32,000 nucleotides of DNA from contig CBDCXV010000009.1 in assembly GCA_965223905.1 (NCBI GenBank), positions 593,106-625,105 of the forward strand, in the 5' to 3' direction. Shown piece by piece: positions 30,165 through 32,000 of this stretch; within the stretch, counting starts at the first letter, position 1; every line of letters begins with the position of its first letter. Both the position numbers and the translations under genes were made by a program. The stretch comes from Candidatus Latescibacterota bacterium (GTDB lineage: Bacteria > Latescibacterota > UBA2968 > UBA8231). The notes under the pieces are model-generated. The model was not told the DNA's origin. It saw only the letters and a program-made list of their open reading frames with translations, and did not search any database.

Positions 30165-30458
30165 ATGATGAGGTTCGTAACCATCAAGGATCTCCGTTCC
30201 AGAACCGCAGCCATACGCAAGGATCTGGCTGCCGACGAAGAGATCGTAGTGACTGCAAACGGCCGGCCCGTCGCCCTGCTCACCGCGGTGGACGGCGACA
30301 ACCTCGAGCAGGAGCTTCTGGCCCATCGCCGGTCGCGCGCGCGGGCGGCCCTCGATCGAACGCGCAATCAGGCCTCTGCGGCTGGAACATCGGACATGCC
30401 GATGAGCAAGGTGGAGGAGGTCGTGGCGACGGCCCGCAAGGGCGTGGAACGGAAATAG
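30165..30458 (+). CDS. Type II antitoxin, Phd/YefM (prevent-host-death) family
   Basis: 'VTIKDLRSRTAAIRKDLAADEEIVVTANGRPVALLTAV' is a typical Phd/YefM N-terminal fold pattern. Length is 97 aa, directly upstream of a PIN gene. Confidence 0.7.
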   Translation: MMRFVTIKDLRSRTAAIRKDLAADEEIVVTANGRPVALLTAVDGDNLEQELLAHRRSRARAALDRTRNQASAAGTSDMPMSKVEEVVATARKGVERK

Positions 30459-30533
30459 TGCCCCTCCGCGCCAGCCAGTTCCCTTAAAGGCTCCGCGCCG
30501 GATTTTGTCGATCCATTCCTGAGGCAGGACGAG

Positions 30534-30941
30534 TTGCGGGCCTTCTTTGACACCAACGTCGTCATCTCCGGTCTCCTGTCCTCCACGGGCACATGTGGCA
30601 GGTTGCTCGACCTGGTCCTGGAATCAGCGGTCGTACTGTGTTTGGGCTCTCGAATTCTCACTGAGTACCGGGAAGTCGCCCGGCGCCCCGAGTTGGGGAT
30701 CGATGCCATCGATGCCAACCGGGTGCTGGATTTCCTGGAGACAAGCTCCATCCCGGTCATCGCCCTGCCCCTGCAGGAGGTGCTTCCCGACTCGGATGAT
30801 CTGCCGTGGCTCGAGGTCGCTGCTGCAGAAGGTGTACCACTGGTGACCGGGAATATCCGGCACTATCCCAAACGCTCGAGGTGCGGAGTGACGGTCTTGA
30901 GTCCCCGTCAGTTCCTCGACCGTCTACGTGGCGAGGCGTGA
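30534..30941 (+). CDS. PIN-domain toxin (VapC-like)
   Basis: TTG start is preceded by 'gaggcagga'. 'FFDTNVVISGLL' (first acidic residue), 'LTEYREV', 'DSDDLPWLEVA' and 'LVTGN' follow the PIN-domain layout. Length is 135 aa. Confidence 0.75.
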   Translation: MRAFFDTNVVISGLLSSTGTCGRLLDLVLESAVVLCLGSRILTEYREVARRPELGIDAIDANRVLDFLETSSIPVIALPLQEVLPDSDDLPWLEVAAAEGVPLVTGNIRHYPKRSRCGVTVLSPRQFLDRLRGEA

Positions 30942-32000
30942 AGCTTCTCCGTTTTCGCCCAGCCGCGCCGCGATCCGGGTGAACTGCTCAAGCGCCGCCT
31001 CGAGGTCGTCGGCGATCTCCGCGGCGATGACGTCGGGCGCCGGCAGCGAGTCGGTGTCGGTCAGGCTCTCGTCCTTGATCCAGAACAGGTCGAGGCTCAG
31101 CTTGTCGCGCTTCTGCAGGTCCTCGTAGTCGTAGCAGCGCCAGCGGCCGGCCGGGTTGTCCTCGCTCCAGGTCTCCGCGCGCTCGTACATGCGGCCCGGC
31201 TTGTAGCATTCGACGAACTCGTCGAAGTCCTCGCGCCGGATCGGCTTCTGCTTCAGCGTGAAGTGCATGTTGGTGCGCAGGTCGTAGACCCACAGCCGGT
31301 CGGTCTAGGCCTCGGCCCGGCCCTCCTTCTTGTCGAAGAAGATCACGTTGGCCTTGACGCCCGGCGAGTACCAGATGCCGGGCGGCAGCCGCAGCAGGGT
31401 GTGGACGCGGCACTTCTCCAGCAGGTTGCGGCGCACCCTTTCTCCCGCTCCGCCCTCGAAGAGCACGTTGTCCGGCAGCACCACGCCGGCGCGGCCGTCG
31501 ATCTTCAGCAGGCTGTAGATGTGCTGCACGAAGTTGAGCTGCTTGTTGCTGGTGGAGGTCCAGAAGTCCTCGCGGACGACGACCGGATCCTCCTTCTCCG
31601 TGTCGCCTTCCTCGTTCACGAAGAGCAGGCTCTGCTTCTTGCCGAAGGGCGGATTGGCGAGGACCATCGAGTACTCGCCGCCCCACGGGGCCGAGAGGCT
31701 GTCGTGGCCGGTGTGCACGACCACCTCCTCGCCGCCGATGCCGTGTAGGTAGAGGTTCATGGCGCACATGCGGCCGACCTTGGGCGAGATCTCCATGCCC
31801 TCCACCAGATCGGTCTGGAGAGCCCGCTTCTCGTCGCGGTCGAGGCCGCTCTCGTACCGGTCCAAGACGTACTGGTAGGCGTTGCACAGGAAGCCGCCGG
31901 TGCCCGCCGCCGGATCGCAGATACGGTCCCCGGGCGCCGGCTGCATGACCTCGCACATGGCCTGGATGACCGGGCGCGGCGTGAAATACTGGCCCGCACC
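30924..32000 (-). pseudogene. hsdM: Type I restriction-modification DNA methyltransferase HsdM, 3' portion (5' end outside window), interrupted by an in-frame TAG
   Basis: Reading the - strand from base 32000: 'GQYFTPRPVI...DPAAGTGGFL' (SAM motif I) and 'VLANPPFG' (motif IV NPPF). Then '...FFDKKEGRAEA*TDRLWVYDLRTNMHFTLK...', with the TAG at 31305-31307 (cta on the + strand). The same frame continues to the stop at 30924-30926. Confidence 0.85.

Noticed and set aside
30456-31307. Possible TAG (amber) reassignment or read-through. hsdM has an in-frame TAG. The antitoxin TAG is followed by 25 stop-free codons in the same frame leading into the PIN ORF.
   Set aside because: TAG terminates ilvE (4521-4523), the oppB-like permease (8591-8593), the decarboxylase (9759-9761, - strand), dnaX (16447-16449) and alaS (22440-22442) at the lengths expected from homologs. 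TAG is therefore a normal stop in this genome. A 25-codon open stretch in GC-rich DNA is not statistically unusual.

Overview
GC-rich bacterial chromosomal segment, almost entirely coding. All assignments come from reading the supplied ORF translations and the DNA by eye; no database search was run. About 30 kb is conserved housekeeping backbone, nearly all on the + strand with very tight or overlapping gene junctions. In order: holB 3' end, rsmA, an unknown outer-membrane barrel, ilvE, and an Opp/Dpp-type ABC importer made of a family-5 binding protein, an inserted TPR lipoprotein with an apparent 1-nt frameshift, and two permeases but no ATPases. Next come a convergent diaminopimelate-decarboxylase-family gene (- strand) and a divergent carbamoyltransferase plus SxtJ-like pair. 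Then follow tadA, tRNA-Ser(CGA), tRNA-Ser(GGA), tRNA-Ala(CGC), a long Bacillus-type SRP RNA, dnaX, recR, pgsA, pgpA, recA, recX, alaS, a GGGP-synthase/PcrB-family prenyltransferase, ptsH, ptsI and metK. After metK lies a tightly linked pair of unknown function: a 684-aa repeat-containing lipoprotein and a FadL/PorV-like outer-membrane barrel. From about 30.1 kb the character changes to accessory DNA: a Phd/YefM-type antitoxin, a PIN toxin, and, convergent and overlapping it, the 3' portion of a type I R-M methylase (hsdM). That hsdM has near-saturated GC3 and an in-frame amber codon at a position where homologs carry Trp. I saw no CRISPR array, transposase, integrase, rRNA or long repeat. The most unexplained content is the lipoprotein/barrel pair, the rsmA-coupled barrel, the carbamoyltransferase-SxtJ cassette and the bacterial GGGPS homolog. 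I cannot show that any of these is a truly novel system from sequence alone.
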